DNA from: Lytechinus pictus
Lineage: Eukaryota
Length of the DNA: 64,000 nt
Direction of reading: 5' to 3'
Assembly: GCF_037042905.1 (NCBI RefSeq)
Contig: NC_087245.1
Span: forward strand, 15,626,001-15,690,000
The position numbers and the translations under genes are program-made. Shown piece by piece: positions 49,316-63,700 of the stretch. The notes under the pieces are model-generated. The model was not told where the DNA came from and did not search any database. It saw only the letters and a list, made by a program, of their open reading frames with translations. How positions within the stretch are numbered: the first letter of the stretch is position 1; each line of letters starts with the position of its first letter.

Positions 49316-52050
49316 TAGTCCAGGATAGGCCCCATAGAAATGGACCAAACCTTGTTTTTTTCATATATACAATATATGTTGATGGTTTCTTGTCAATTCG
49401 AGGGTGCTGATTACGAATCTGAATGATGCCACTCTTGAAACCTTGAGCATTTTCTGCAAATTGGCAAAATCCAATATGGCCGCCAAAATATGCAAATTAC
49501 CCATGAAAATCATAAAATTGCCCGCACGTTGGTTATAAAATGTATGTATTTGTGTTGCAGGAGTGAAATGCTCTCTGAAAAAACGATTTTTGACAAAAAT
49601 TATTTTCTAGATATTCAAAATAGCCGCCATAGACCCCTGTATTCTATATTATGTACAATATGAATGTGGAAAACTAAATTTTACAAAAGTGAGCACTAGA
49701 TGCAAGTAATTGTGATTTTTAGTGAAATAATGGATAAAATAAATGATTGCTAATGAAATGTATCATTTGTTATGTCATGTATGTAATAAATGAAGCATTT
49801 CAATATTCAAACAGCCACCAAATGCCCTGACAGTATTATGTACAATGTTAATGGGGACAAAAGAAAATCACAAGAGTGAGTACTAAAATGAATATTACTA
49901 ATATTAAGATAAGCAAGTGGAATACTGGCTAAAAACATATTTTTTTACGAAATATGAATGCAATTAATGTGATAAATGCTGTATTTTGACATTCAAAATG
50001 GCCGCCATAGGCCCATTATACATTATGTACAATGCGATTGGAGAAATTAATTTTCACAAGAGTAAGAACTATAAAATGCATGTAATTGTGATCAGCGAGT
50101 AAATAATGTCTGAAAACATGTTTTCTAGCGAAACATATCATTTCTTTTGTCATGCATGAGATAAATGCCTTATTGTGAAATTCAAAATGGCACTATAGGC
50201 CATGGGGACATGTAATTTTGTAAGAATTGGGATATACTTGACTATGAAATCCATAAAATCCTGTTGTATGATAAAACATTATATGAAAACATGAATTTTA
50301 TGAAATATAGCATTTCTTCTGCCATGTTAGTGATAAATACTGTATGTTGACATTCAAAAAGGCTGATACAAGCCCTAACTAAATTATGTCATATGCGTAT
50401 AGGGAATCTACTTTTCACAAGAGTGAGAATCATAAAATGCATGTAACTGTGATGTATGAGTAAAAATATTGTCTTAAATATGATTTCTAAATAAATACAT
50501 CACATAAATTTTGTCATGGAGGTAATAAATGTTGTACTTTAAAATTCAAAATGTTTGTCATAAGTCCTAAAAGTATTATGTAGATTGTAATTTGAGACAT
50601 ATAATTTTGACAGAATTTGGCTTTGCTTGACTATAAGTATTGCATATAATTATGATGTAAGAGTGAAATATTGTCTAAAACCATGATTCCTAGCGAGGTA
50701 TGTCGTATCTGGTGCATTTAAGGTGATAAATGCTGCATTCTTAAATGAAAAATGGCCGCCATGGGCCCTTATTGTATTATGTACAATTTGAATGAGGACA
50801 AATAATTTTCACAAAAGGGCATATGGCGGCCATTTTGAATTTTGAAATAGAACATTTATCACCTAAATTTTAGATGATATGATATATTTCGTTACTAATC
50901 ATGTTTTCAGTAACCCTTTCTCTCAATATTTTCACTCATACCACACCATTTAGTCAAGCAAAGCCAAAATCTGTTAAAATCATTTATTCCCATTCACAAT
51001 ACTGTAGGGGCCTGTAGCGGCCATTTTGACTTTCAAAATACAGTATTTATCACCTACCAGGCAGAAGAACTGATATATCTTGTTAGAAATTATGCTTTCA
51101 GACAATATTTCACTCATAGATCACAATTACGTGTATTTATGGTGCTTATACTCGTGTCATTTCCTAGTTCGCATTGTACAAAATGCAATCAATGTCTATG
51201 GCGGCCATTTTGAAAGTCAAAATACAATATTAAACACAAACTTTAAACCTGAATGATATATTTCGTTAAAAATTATGTTGTTTAGACAGTATCCCATTTA
51301 TTCATCACAAATAAATGCATTTCAGTGCTCAGTCTTGTGAATTATTTGGTCCTCTTTCTCATTGTACATAATACTGTTAGGGCCTTTGGCGGCCGTTTTG
51401 AATATCACATACATGGCATGTTAATAAAATATTTCGTTAGCAATTGTGTTTTTAGTCAGTATTCCACTCGTTTCTCTTAATAATATGCATTTTAGTGCTC
51501 ACTCTTGCGATTTTGTTGGCCACTTTGCCATAGAAAATAATACTATTTGTGCCAGTGGCAGCTATTTTGAATATTAAATACAACAATAATCACATGACAT
51601 AATAAATTATATATCATGTTAGCATTGATGATTTTCATATATCACTTCGTCCATAGGTCACAATAACTTGCAGTCTAGTGATCATTTTTGTGAAAAACTA
51701 ATTTTCCCTATTTATAATGTACATAATAGGGCATACAGAGGTCTGTGGCGGCCATTTTGAATATCAAGAAATAAATATTTTGTCAATTTTTTTTTTCAGA
51801 GAGTATTTCACTCCTGCAACACAATTACACACATTTTCTAGCCAATTTGCTGGCAATTCTATGATTTTCATGGGTATTATGCATATTTTGGCGGCCATAT
51901 TGGATTTTGCAAATTTTGCGGAAAACGCTCACAAGGTTTCACGAGTGGCATCATTCAGATTCGTAATCAGCACCCTCGAATTGACAAGAAACCGTCAAAA
52001 GTTATCGTTTATATGAAAAAACAAGGTTATGCCTCTTCTATCCTGGACTA
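49316..52050. mobile_element. Academ-type non-autonomous foldback transposon (2.7 kb) directly upstream of the METTL27-like gene
   Basis: ACG|TAGTCCAGGATAG ... CTATCCTGGACTA|ACG (3-bp TSD, TAG termini). Outer ~350 bp strongly inverted. The interior is ~185-190-bp units with AAAATGGCCGCCAT that flip orientation at ~50800. Confidence 0.85.
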
Positions 52051-52394
52051 ACGCGAACTATACTGAGGCGCTTGGTGCCCCGAGCGGTCACGAATTTGCA
52101 CGATCGAATGAAATCGGGAACAAAAATTCGTAGTGTATAATAGCAGCATAACAGAGGACTAAAGAACGAAATAAATGCATTGTTAAATAACCTTCAAAAT
52201 ACAAAGAACGTCGGTATGTCTCGTCGAAAATTGGTGAATTGGTTATACTCTATTCTCGAATCCCCGTTGCGTTGCTGAAATTACCTACACATATCTAATC
52301 ACCACAACCAACACTATTATCGTTAAAAAGTCGATCTTACTAAGGAGATAGAGGTGATACCTCCTTGATCTTACACCATATTATCGCAACCATA

Positions 52395-55300
52395 ATGTCC
52401 GGCAGTAGTCATCTTGGAATTGACGACCCCGTCTGCCCTGCTAGGGGAAGAATAAATGATATTATTGCTTCTCGAGGCGAGGATACAGAGAGAGCTTATG
52501 ACGCATGGGCACAATATTTTGACGAGGTAAGCTTATATACGGGTAAGCTACATTTTGATACTTATATATCGTATTAATCATAGTTCGATATAATTTGCTG
52601 TTACAAAAAACGGGAACGTACAAACTAATAAGGGTTCGAGCTGAGGGGTGTGCGCGCCACCGGAAAAAGTGAGTACAAATCTTGAGCATTAAAAATGTAT
52701 GTTAGGGTCCATTTCACATATCATCCATGATTTTGGTGTAAATATCAGTTTGTCCCTCGTTCTTTTCCGGTTCACTGCCCTACCAATTATCTGATCCAAA
52801 ATTATTGCCATTTTATTGAATTTACGATTTCATTGTACTTTTCCCCAAAATATTTCATTTGCAAAACACTCTGGTACGCGTACGTACACACACACACACA
52901 CACACACCCTCCATAACCCCCTTCCAAGTACACCATTCTTCACACAGCCAATCATTCTTTTCTTTTCTTTCCCTTCCTTTCCTTTTCTTTACTTTACTTT
53001 TCTTTCCTTTCCTTTTCTTTCTTTCTTTCTTTCTTTCTTTCTTTATTTCGTTATTAATTTTTCATTTCATTTCTTTGTTCCTTTTTTTCTTTCCACTTTG
53101 AAAATAGTTGTTCTTTTCTCTTTCTTTTATTTGTAATTTTTTGTTTTTTCTTTGTCATTCTTTTTAAGGACATGATTACCTTAGGTTACGGAGGATACGA
53201 TGTAATGGGAAAAAACGTCATTAAGTTTGTAACAAACAAGAATGCTAAGATCTTGGATGTCGGATGTGGCACCGGCCTGTTTGGCGAAAAGGTAATATAT
53301 ATAGGGCAAATAATACGGGCGTTTCTTAGTGTACTGTTTTCTACAAATAACTTAAAACATGTTAACAAAATGTTTAGACGTAGTAATCCAAAAATCATAT
53401 TGAAAAATAGTAAAAAGAATATCATGAAACAATTCTAAAGAAAAGGTTGAGTGCACCGACCCAAACTTGGGTAATTGAAAAGTTCTGTATCATTAATGTT
53501 AATAAAGTAAATTTTAAACAGGGCCTTGGATGGTCCTAGCATTACACAGAAGGTATAACTTATTTCAAAGAGAAGGGGCAATTGAAAAAAAAAATATGGT
53601 AGCTATATTTTGTAGAAGCTAGGGAGAGGTTTTGAGAAGGTACTACCCTACGTAGGATTCGTGAACCCAGTAAATGTACTGAACATGGCCGCCATTGACA
53701 AGGAATAGCTCTTTGTCGAAAATTGGTGAACCGGACGAGCTGTTTCGTCATAATGTAGGAGTTGACAAAAAATTGCAACCTCCCCTCCAAAAAAATGTAG
53801 TTTGTCCAAAGTCAAGGACTAGAATGCTGTTTTGATTCATCAACTTTCGAAAAAAAAAAAATTTCTAGGTTATTCTTTGCCATGAAGGCTTTGAGGTGCA
53901 TTATACATTATATTCTTGAATCCTACGTACGTCACAGTGCGAAGTGCGAACACTTCCTACTCTCCGATTAAAAAAAAAATTGTCGATGGCATTCCGCTGT
54001 AATGTTTTGTGTGATATAATCACCTAAGAAAGTTTGTAAAACACAAGCAAGTATTTTTCGTATTATCCCCTGAATTCTCAACAGTATCAACCTTTAACGC
54101 AAAGGGATTCCGATGTTTTTCGTGTTTTGATACTCGGTGAATTTTGTACGTGGTTCTTCTTGAATCTTCGCTTTTTAGCTTAGGTCTTTGGGATACATGA
54201 ACATATTTGGCGTGGACGCAAGTGATTCTTTCTTAGAGAAAAGTCGTGAGAAAGGAGTATATCTGGAACTTGAAGAGCATAGATTCGGTAATGGTCTCAA
54301 GTTACCCTACAGTGACAGTACGTACCAAAATATCAATTTCTATGATAATTTTGTGTGTGAATATTTTGTGGGAGGGCTTTGACGTCTGCCTGTTGAAGCA
54401 CAGATCTTGGGTACAAGTATAAATTATCAAACTTTCAGTGGTAAAAATGACTTTATGAGGATTACGAGATAAAAGATTAGATCGATTTTCTTACAGGGGG
54501 TGCTGATGTAAATTTGAGAAGCAAAATGACAAGCCCCCCCCCCCCCCCAAATAGGGTTTTCATTACAAAATGTAGCTCGTTTTTAACATTTGACCACACC
54601 TACCAGATTTCCAGGGTTGCTGCCTAGGGAGGATAACACACGCAGCACTCCCGCCCCCAGGAAAATCTTTGGGGTGCTGGGGCGCTTCACATGGCCATGG
54701 ATTGGATATGTGTTTCGTACTAGGCTCCAATAAAAAAACAAGCACACATCGGCCTCCAACGAATCTCGTTGTTTTTCTTTTAGACAATAATATATCGGGG
54801 GTTTTGAAACCATGTTCATTATAATTGTGTAAAAATGTAAAAGGTGAGAGCAGGCCTAATTTTACGGGGCTAAAGGGTAAATGATTTTTTGGGGAAATCA
54901 TCTGCTACACTTTGACAAGATTGTTTTGATATATCCTGGCTGGGCTGATAAAAACAGCTTAGAAAAGGCTGTATTTAAAAAAATATAGCAATGGTGGCAG
55001 TCTCATATTGTCTGAAAACAGTCTCCTGAACCTGTGAAGAACTCGTTTGAGGCCAAAGGAAGATGCTACCCATGTCATTACTCTAAAACTAGCTTATTCA
55101 GAGCTGTCATCAAAATATTTAAAGTTTGAGATACGGAGGTTTGATCAGTCTAGCCGCGATATATTATTTATCAGCATGTTGATATATCATATTTCAGATT
55201 CATTTGATGTCATCATGGCGGTATCTATACTTGGTCCTAATACCATCAACCCCACTGCACTATACGAGCTAGACGGACTTTTATCACCAGGTAATAACAA

Positions 55301-56515
55301 TTCAATAACATTATAAAATTATATTATATCAATATAAAAAAGACATTTTTCCCAGCTTGTTCAGTAATTCAGGAATTTGGGCTAGTATCTTTTTTCTTTT
55401 CCATTTTCAATGTAAATGTTATTTCACAAAGTTATAGGCTACTCAAAGCAATAAAAATCAGATCAAACACTAGAGTTTTGCGATTCATGGGTTTCGCGCT
55501 TACTATATTCAGATAATATAAACCCATGGGCTGCAGTCCTGCATCGAAATCGGATTGTGGAAAGGGGTTGAAGTTCACCTTTTCCTAATGAGCCATATGC
55601 AAATGAGGTCATTAACAATTACATGCATATATTCCGACATCGCTTTGCATGGTTAACACTAATTGTACCCTATTTGGAAAGGGGTTAAAGTTCACCTTTG
55701 TCCTTATGAGCCATATACAATTGAGGTAATTAACATGCACATATTCCGTCATCACTTTGCATGGGTAACGCTTGTACCCTATATAGAAAGGGATTAAAGT
55801 TCACCTTTGTTCTTATGAGCCACATGCAAATGAGGGATTGAAGATTACCTTGTCCTTATGAGCCATAATGCAAATGAGGTCATTAACATGCACATATTCC
55901 GTCATCACTTCGCATGGGTAACGCTTGTACCCTATATGGAGAGGGGTTAAAGTTCACCTTTGTCCTTATGAGCCATCAGTGAAAATGAAGGGTTGAAGTT
56001 CACCTTTGTCATTATTGTCCTATAGTTCGCCACTACTATAGAAACAGTTATTTTCAGTCCAATTAAAACCATTAGATTTGTGTTCATCCAATTGACAGCT
56101 TCTTGGATATTTTAGGGTCATGACACTATCACTGATAGTATGACTGAATAATTACTTTTTTCTATTCAAGACTGGTTATCTCTTATATTCAACCTCATGT
56201 ATTTTTCATTTAATCGTCCTTGCTCATGAAAGTAATCAGTCCATATGCATTGTATCCTCCCTTTTAAAATCAAATTTTTGATCAGGTGGATACTTGATGA
56301 TATTCATCCGCCGATCTCGACTCGACATGGAACGAGAAAACTTTAACGTTAAGGCTGTTTTAGACGACTTGTTAACCAGTGGACGGTGGGAGCGTCTGCC
56401 GGACAGCAGTGGACTCTACTATACTCAACCGAACGGCGTGCCAGTGGCAGAGGGTGACGAAGCCGTTGAGGGAGATGGCGTTGTCGTTACCATGAAGAAA
56501 CTATTAAAACATTGA
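52395..56515 (+). CDS. METTL27: Methyltransferase-like protein 27 (WBSCR27)-like class I SAM-dependent methyltransferase, 238 aa
   Basis: Exons 52395-52526, 53169-53291, 54179-54317, 55198-55290, 56286-56515 (TGA); GT-AG, phase-consistent, 717 nt. Motifs: YDAWAQYFDEDM..LGY, motif I ILDVGCGTGLFG, IFGVDAS..LEKSREKGVY, SFDVIMAV, LLSPGGYL. It could be a paralog rather than the 1:1 ortholog. Confidence 0.88.
55555..56012. repeat. ~110-120-bp tandem repeat in intron 4 of the METTL27-like gene
   Basis: About 4 copies of GGAAAGGGGTTAAAGTTCACCTTTGTCCTTATGAGCCATATGCAAATGAGG. Confidence 0.85.
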
Positions 56516-56576
56516 CATTGATTGATTAATTGGCCCATGTGACATTGTATTCACATCCAGATTAAGATTTAATTCT

Positions 56577-56737
56577 TGATATAATTATTGCCTGGTCTTG
56601 AGGGTAACATCAAATATATTGCCCGAAAAAGAATCATATTGGCCCGAGTCTTTAGACGAGGGCAATATGGCTTTTTTAAGGGCAACAATATTTGATGTTC
56701 CCCGAAAGAAGAGCCAGTCAATATTTTTATTATCATA
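56577..56737. mobile_element. Second Crypton-like hairpin, just after the METTL27-like stop
   Basis: AACATCAAATATATTGCCC..CATATTGGCCC-GAGTCTTTAGACGA-GGGCAATATG..GGGCAACAATATTTGATGTT: an imperfect stem with a loop like that at 9061. Confidence 0.45.
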
Positions 56738-57570
56738 TTTTTATCACCAAATCAGATATCTAGAGCAAAATTATGAAAATAGAGCTATTTCTTTTAAGAA
56801 TAGAGTTTTATTGTATCAGGTTTGTCAAAAATACAAATATCCCTTCCCGATATTAAATCTAGGAAAATAAGGTTTTGTAAATGACCAGCTCTGGGGAGCG
56901 TTTCATGAAAGGATTTGTCGGACGTTTTATCCGACAAGTCCCGTTTTATCCTACAGTTACAATCCATAGGCGGATCCAGCTTTTGGCGAAAGGGGGGGGG
57001 GGCGCACTGCCGAGTGGCGCACATATTTTTGCACTTCACCGGCGCCATAAAAGAAAATGTTGAAAAAGGGGTAAAGTCTGACCCTGTCAAATGCTCTTTT
57101 CAAAATGTAGGATTTCCAGTCATGCCATTTTGCATGACCGCTCGCAGATAATATTTCCGGGGGGGGGGGAAGACTCGAAAATTTGGTGCACATCTCACAT
57201 TTGCACATTTTTCATAGTTTTCATGAAATGTTAAGGGGAAAAAAAATTGTTTTTCACAACAGCAGATCGCGAATGTGCCCCCCCTTCCCCCTTGCTGCCT
57301 ACGACTATTCCCTGAAGTCCACTTAAACATATCTCATTATAACAGAAATATACATCAATTTAAACATATAATCTTTCTAAAACATATATAGAGAGAGATT
57401 GAAAAACTTATTAAAGAAAGAAACAAGCAAAAAGTAACACAAATTATCAGTGCATGTTATGTGCGATTTCAAAATATCGTGTATTAACCCTTTTATTGCG
57501 ATGAGGCCAATACTTTTGTATATTAATAGAGATACAAGTTTTTTTTACTATATGTATATATATATATATA

Positions 57571-58260
57571 CAGGGGCGTCGATCCTTATTTTAAGATTTG
57601 GGGGGCAACATCATGAATCAACTTTCCAAAGGCGCTCGATATCACACAAAACGAACAAACTCACACAAACACACACACACATATATATATATATATTTAT
57701 ATGACTCATGAGATAGATACACATATCTCACCAACAAATTAATGCGAGCGCGAAGCGCGAGCTGAAATTTTTTAGTATACTGACCTGAGAACAGGAAAAA
57801 AGGTGCCTGTTTAGGACTGTTTGTAGTAACTCATGAGGAGGATACATATCTCACTACACAGACAATGCGAGTTCCGAGGGCGAGCTGAATTTTCTTTATA
57901 TTCTGACCAGAATGCTTGATATTCTATCAATTTTTGGTACCAATGATTAAGATGGGTATCTAAAAAAACAATAGATGCGAGCGCGAAGCGCGAGCTTAAA
58001 CTTTTGATATTTCGATCTGAAAAAGAATGACAGTTTAATGGACGTTTGTAATAAAGAACAAGATTATATCCAGCTAAAGATTATTGCAAATCGAAGCGGG
58101 AGTTCTTTTGACGTTTAGTCCTGAAAAAGGGACATTCTATTCACCTATTTAATCATGAAAAGTATGGGGTTTTGCTTCAGAAATGATGCGAGCGCGAAGC
58201 GCGAGCTGAAAATTTTTATATTCCAATCTGAGGAGCGGATAATTTAAGCACGATTTTAAA
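57571..58260. repeat. Repeat with a CAGGGGCG (hAT-like) end and tandem units carrying GCGAGCGCGAAGCGCGAGCT
   Basis: Motif at ~57744, 57977 and 58188, with degenerate copies at ~57867 and 58087. Confidence 0.65.
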
Positions 58261-58654
58261 TAAAGAACGAGTTGTGTAGCTCAATCTCAATATACGACTG
58301 GTTGCGTAATTATACACTCCCGGTACTAGCAACGGGTTTTTAGCAAAGTTTTGGGCTAAAATATCGAATCATCTTCATAAAACACTATAGTAGCTGTCTT
58401 AAACTAAAGGCCATAGAGGTGGCACAATGTAGAAATGTGTAAAGAAGAAAAGTGACTGAACTTCTTTTTATTAAAGCTTTGGAAAACAAGATCAAAATTA
58501 AAGGATTTGCTCTACGCTTTTGTATGATTCTGGGATTAAATTTTTTTTTAAAGATTTCATGACATCTGTCATTCTGTGGGCAACTGCCCCGCCCCAGTCC
58601 ACTCTGTAAGGGCATGCGATAAGCTTTGTTATGACCATTCAACAATAAAATGTA

Positions 58655-59775
58655 TAACCAGGTGCCGCTGATCATTCTTGACCGGCGCCGATCTAGATTT
58701 GGTTGGCAATAGGCCCTTCTTCATTATTCTACCGGCGCCTATTTATTGGAACTAGGGGACGCTGATTATTCTTGACCGGCGCCGATTTAGAACAAGTAGT
58801 GCTGATTATTTTTACTGACGTCACGTAAGATTCAGGCAGCGGCAATTCATAATTGACTGGCGCCGATTTAGAACCAGGAGGCGCCGATTATTCTTGACTG
58901 GCGCCGATTTTTAACCAGGTGGTGCTGATTATTATTGTCCGGCGCCGATTAAGATTTAGGTGGAGCTGATTATTCTTGTCCGGCGCCGATTTAGATTTAG
59001 GTGGAGCTGATTATTCTTGATCGGCGCCGGTTAAGACTCAGGCAGCGCCGATTTATAACCAGATGGCGCTGATTATTCTTGACCAGCCCCGATTTAGATA
59101 TAGGTGGCGCTGATTATCCTTGATCGGCGCCGGTTACGAACTCAGGCAGCGCCGATTTTTCTTTACCGGCGCCGATTTATAACCAGATGGCGCCGTTTAT
59201 TCTTGCCCGGCGCCGATTTAGATTTAGGTGGAGCTGATTATTCTTGATCGGCGCCGGTTACGAACTCAGGCAGCGCCGATTTTTCTTTACCGGCGCCGAT
59301 TTATAACCAGATGGCGCCGTTTATTCTTGCCCGGCGCCGATTTAGATTTAGGTGGAGCTGATTATTCTTGATCGGCGCCAGTTAAGACTCTGGCAGCGCC
59401 GATTTATAACCAGATGGCGCTGATTATTCTTGTCCGGCCCCGATTTAGATTTAGGTGGCGCTGATTCACGTTGATCGGCGCCGGTTAAGAACTCAGGCAG
59501 CGTCGATTTTTCTGTACCGGCGCCGATTTATAACCAGATGGCGCCGATTATTTTTATCTGGTGCCGATTTAGATTTAGGTGGAGCAGATTATCCTTGGTC
59601 GGCGCTGGTTAAGACTCTAGCAGTGCCGATTTTTCTCGACTGGCGCCGATTTATAACCAAATGGCGCTGATTATTCTTGTCCGGCGCCGATTTAGATTAA
59701 GGTGGCGCTGATTATTCTTGATTGGTGCCAGTTATATGCAGGCAGCGCACTGCTGATTATTTTTAACCGGCGAAG
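58655..59775. repeat. GGCGCC-rich hierarchical minisatellite (~20-21-nt monomer, ~41-nt dimer, ~124-nt higher-order unit)
   Basis: For example, CTTTACCGGCGCCGATTTATAACCAGATGGCGCCGTTTATTCTTGCCCGGCGCCGATTTAGATTTAGGTGGAGCTG recurs at 59161 and 59285. Confidence 0.92.
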
Positions 59776-60290
59776 TTGTTGGGAAAAGGGTACTTAAAAG
59801 GAAAGATAAGGAAGATGATATGATTGTGTTTTGCTGGGGGATAGTCATTCCTTACTGTTGCTAATATTATATCAGTGTATAATTTTTTTAAGCGGCGCTT
59901 TTTCCTTTCTTTCCTTTATTTTTTTCAAGCAGCGCCTTTTCTTTCTTTTACTTTTCTTTTATTTTTTTTGAGCGGCGCCTTCGGCGCCGCTCAAATATTA
60001 GGGGGGGGGGGGCGCGCGCCCCCTGCGCCATCCCCTGGATCCGCCACTGCAATCCCCAGATGTCTTATGCGGGTAACAATACTTCATATTGTGTGAATTT
60101 TAACAATTGATCGACCCTCAATGTAAATGTGTAATCACATTTTATTCAATTTAAGATAAATGTTAAGTTCATGTAAATCATCTGCCTTTGGGATACCATG
60201 TGATGTTTATTAAATAAATACATTTTATTAATACTAATACTCCTTCTGACATTACTGATTCTAGGTAATATTGTACTGTCTTCTATTAAA

Positions 60291-60770
60291 AAGGGAAGTT
60301 CACCCTGACAACAACAAAATATTGTGAAAATAGCAAAACAAATATTGACGAAGGTTTGAGGAAAATCCATGAGAGAATAGAAAAGTTATTAGAATTCTGA
60401 TAATTTGACCTGTGACGTAGCAGCTGTTTTACACATCGTATGGTAAAAAATCAATGAAATGTCATTTACTAAGAAAATTGAAAAAAAAAGTTTTTATTGT
60501 ACCTTCAGTATATCAATACACAAATCATTTCACACGCGCTCCTAAAAAGAAAATAGAAAGAGAAGTCATCTCGCACCATTAAAAAGATAAGTTTATGTAT
60601 TATAATTACATAGCATATGAGGCAGCTGCTCGTTTATGACGTAAAAAATAAAAAATGCAATTCTAATAACTTTCTTAATGCTTAATGGATTTTCCTCAAA
60701 CTTGCACCAATATTTAAAATATGTTTTTTTTGTGCTATTTTTACTAAAAACGTCAGGGTGAACATCCCAT
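60291..60770. mobile_element. Older Kolobok-like MITE
   Basis: GGGAAGTTCACCCTGAC ... GTCAGGGTGAACATCCC termini with imperfect arms. Confidence 0.6.
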
Positions 60771-63700
60771 TTCAGCAGGTCCGACAGGTTCAACAACTAC
60801 AAATGGAGTACACATGTAGAGGGCGCCTTAGATCCTCTCCACTTAATCCTCTATTGATTTCATAGAACCGTGAAATCGCCAGGTTGTTATCCGAATATCT
60901 GTAATACTTTGTAGCTGGTGCAAGTTCCACCATTTGATATTATTATTATTATTATTTTGGGAGGGGGTGTTAATACGAATTTTGTTTTGAATTAAAACAT
61001 TTCAAGGTGTCTACAACCCCCGTATATCTCACTCACTTTCCACCCCCATCACCACCAACAACAATTTGTTGACCAGTTCTTATCTTATGGTATTGCAAAG
61101 GTTTAAAACTGAAAATATGGCCTAGGCATATAAACACCCGGGCTTAATAGTTATTTCTTTTCGTTAAAATTCGAAACAGCTAATTGAAATCAATGGAATT
61201 CGATGAAAATTATTATTGTAAATATATCTTATTTTACACAAATCATTTTTGTGGTGTATTTTTTTTTTTTTTTTGTGGGGGGGGGGGGGGGCTATTCCCA
61301 TCTTGCGCCCGTGTTAGCAGCCTCTGCATGTAGTTTGAGAGGAGTGTTCCCAATTTACATATTATCTGGCCAACCTTTAATCGTACATCATATTTTCAGA
61401 GGTTAGAAATGATAATTACCGCAAAGCCGCAAAGCCATACCGTACTTTTTAAACATTGTGATGAAAATGACTTTTAATGCATACATCAGGGCTCTGTAAG
61501 CATGGCAAGTTCCCTTTTTTGCTGTATCATCACCGTGTCTTTCAGTAATTCAATGTCGCTTGTTCGCACCCAAACAAGCACTTTGATCTCTCGTTTGCTT
61601 TATAATGTCAATAACAAACCCAACACAATAACTCATTCATATTCCATACTCCCTCTCTTCTCTTATAATGCAGTATACTGTATTATGGTATACTAATGTC
61701 TTTCTGTGTCTCTCCTTTTCTGTTTCCAGATTTCTGCCTCCCTATATTTTTTCTCTTCACGTTCATACATATCGATCATCATTCTTTCACCCTCTCCCCC
61801 TTCCACTCATATCCCCATCTCTTAGTTCTTTCTTTAACATATAAACATAATTATTCCCCTGTTCTTTTATTAGTAATCCCTCTCTTTTATTTCACTTGTA
61901 TATTTTACCATTAAAATGTATTAAAAAATGATGACAATGCACCCCTTTAAATATTGTTGTTTTGCTGAATCTGATGTATATCACCACAAACAGTCATGAG
62001 ATTTTGTTTTATTTGCAATTAGGGAATCACTAATTGCATATTTTCTCCCAATTTTTGTTTCCCTGTGTACGCTGTTCGCCAAAGATCTCTCTTCCCGACC
62101 ACCCCTCCCCCATAGTACAAGACAAGTCGTCATTAATATATCCGAAGGCACCCACCCGGTGTATTTCTTTGCTAAACTTAATCAAGCGTAGACCTACATC
62201 TCAGTGCAGTCCTACCAAGGAGATATCTCCTTGGTCCTACTAACTGTCACCTATAAACGATGAACCACTGCTGAAATGTATTAGTATTTGATATAATATA
62301 ACCATCGCATGCAATTTGCAACATTGTAATTTAATGGTGATCTAAAAATAGTTCTTCATTTGCTATATCATTGTCGTGACTCTCCCCGGTGAGTGTCATG
62401 TTTGCGTATATGGCTCCAGGCTTTCACCGTTTTACGGCATTGGACTTGCTTTTCAGACAACACTAGGGAGAGGTTGCCAGGGCAAAAACTATCCTAGTCA
62501 TTGGTACTAAAGCGATGTCCGTACTAATTAGAAATACATTATTTTCGGATGCTCAATAAAGGAAAGCGAGAATGAAACCACCAACAGTAGCCAACGACAG
62601 GGCTTGTTTCATAAGCACACAAACGGCAATGAGATGAACTCGTTAGGATTGGCGCTGGTATCATTTTCATGCTATATTAAAATCATGGACATTCATTGAT
62701 CTTTATGCACGGAGACTATATGACACGGATCTATACCCGAGGATGACTATAGGCCTGTTCGCATCCATCGCATGCAAGCTGTAAGTATAATATTACTAAT
62801 CGTTTCCGTGTTTTAAATATTATCATAACGAGGAAATTAACGTGTATCAACTGTCCACATACGTTGGTATAAAAAACATTTGCCACCAACTTGGACATTC
62901 ATCATTCATGTAAATGCATATAGTTGTCATGCACGTATGGGTTCTCTCATTTCTATATATTCATTTCTAACAACAAGGTGTATATTCCTAAGGCCTATAC
63001 GAGGCAAGGCTTTTTCAAAACATTGATTGGTGACGTTGCTCCGCGGCTACAAGAAGATCCATGTTTGTTCATTATGTTTGCATGAAGCAAACATACTTAG
63101 CTATAGCTAGTTACAAGGACAGCAGTGCATCACTGTGTTGTAAAATTCAGCCCAGATAGGCAAAACTGCAATTCATCCAATTTAATTCAATTTAGATCTA
63201 TCAACCTCGATTCATGCCAAGTCAGTTTAGTTCATTTCGATTCGATTCGACTAAACTTTTTTTTTTATTGTATGTTTCAGTTTGATTTGATATAATTTCA
63301 TTTTGTTCATTTATATTCGTTTTTTATTGTAGTTCAGGTTTATGTATTATAAATCGATGGAGTGTGGCCCAAGTTAAACCTGGTTTAACTAAACAATGGC
63401 TATCGGAATGCACCCATTTTACTTTATCAAATAAAAATTAAGTTGATAAACAATTCACTTAACCGAATAAACTAAGTAGCGTAAGACCAAGAGGATGATG
63501 GAGGGAAAAGCCTAATTAGAAATGATAAAAAAGAGGTAATATTGATCAAATGGCAATTAGACCATATTGCCAGCAGTAGTATATAGACGAACTGCAGACG
63601 AATTAGGATTATACCATGCATGACATGAGACCAGAATTGAAGGTAAAGTTATATGATTTTTAACATGACTTGTTCAATTTTACGAAGGATTGGCCAAAAC

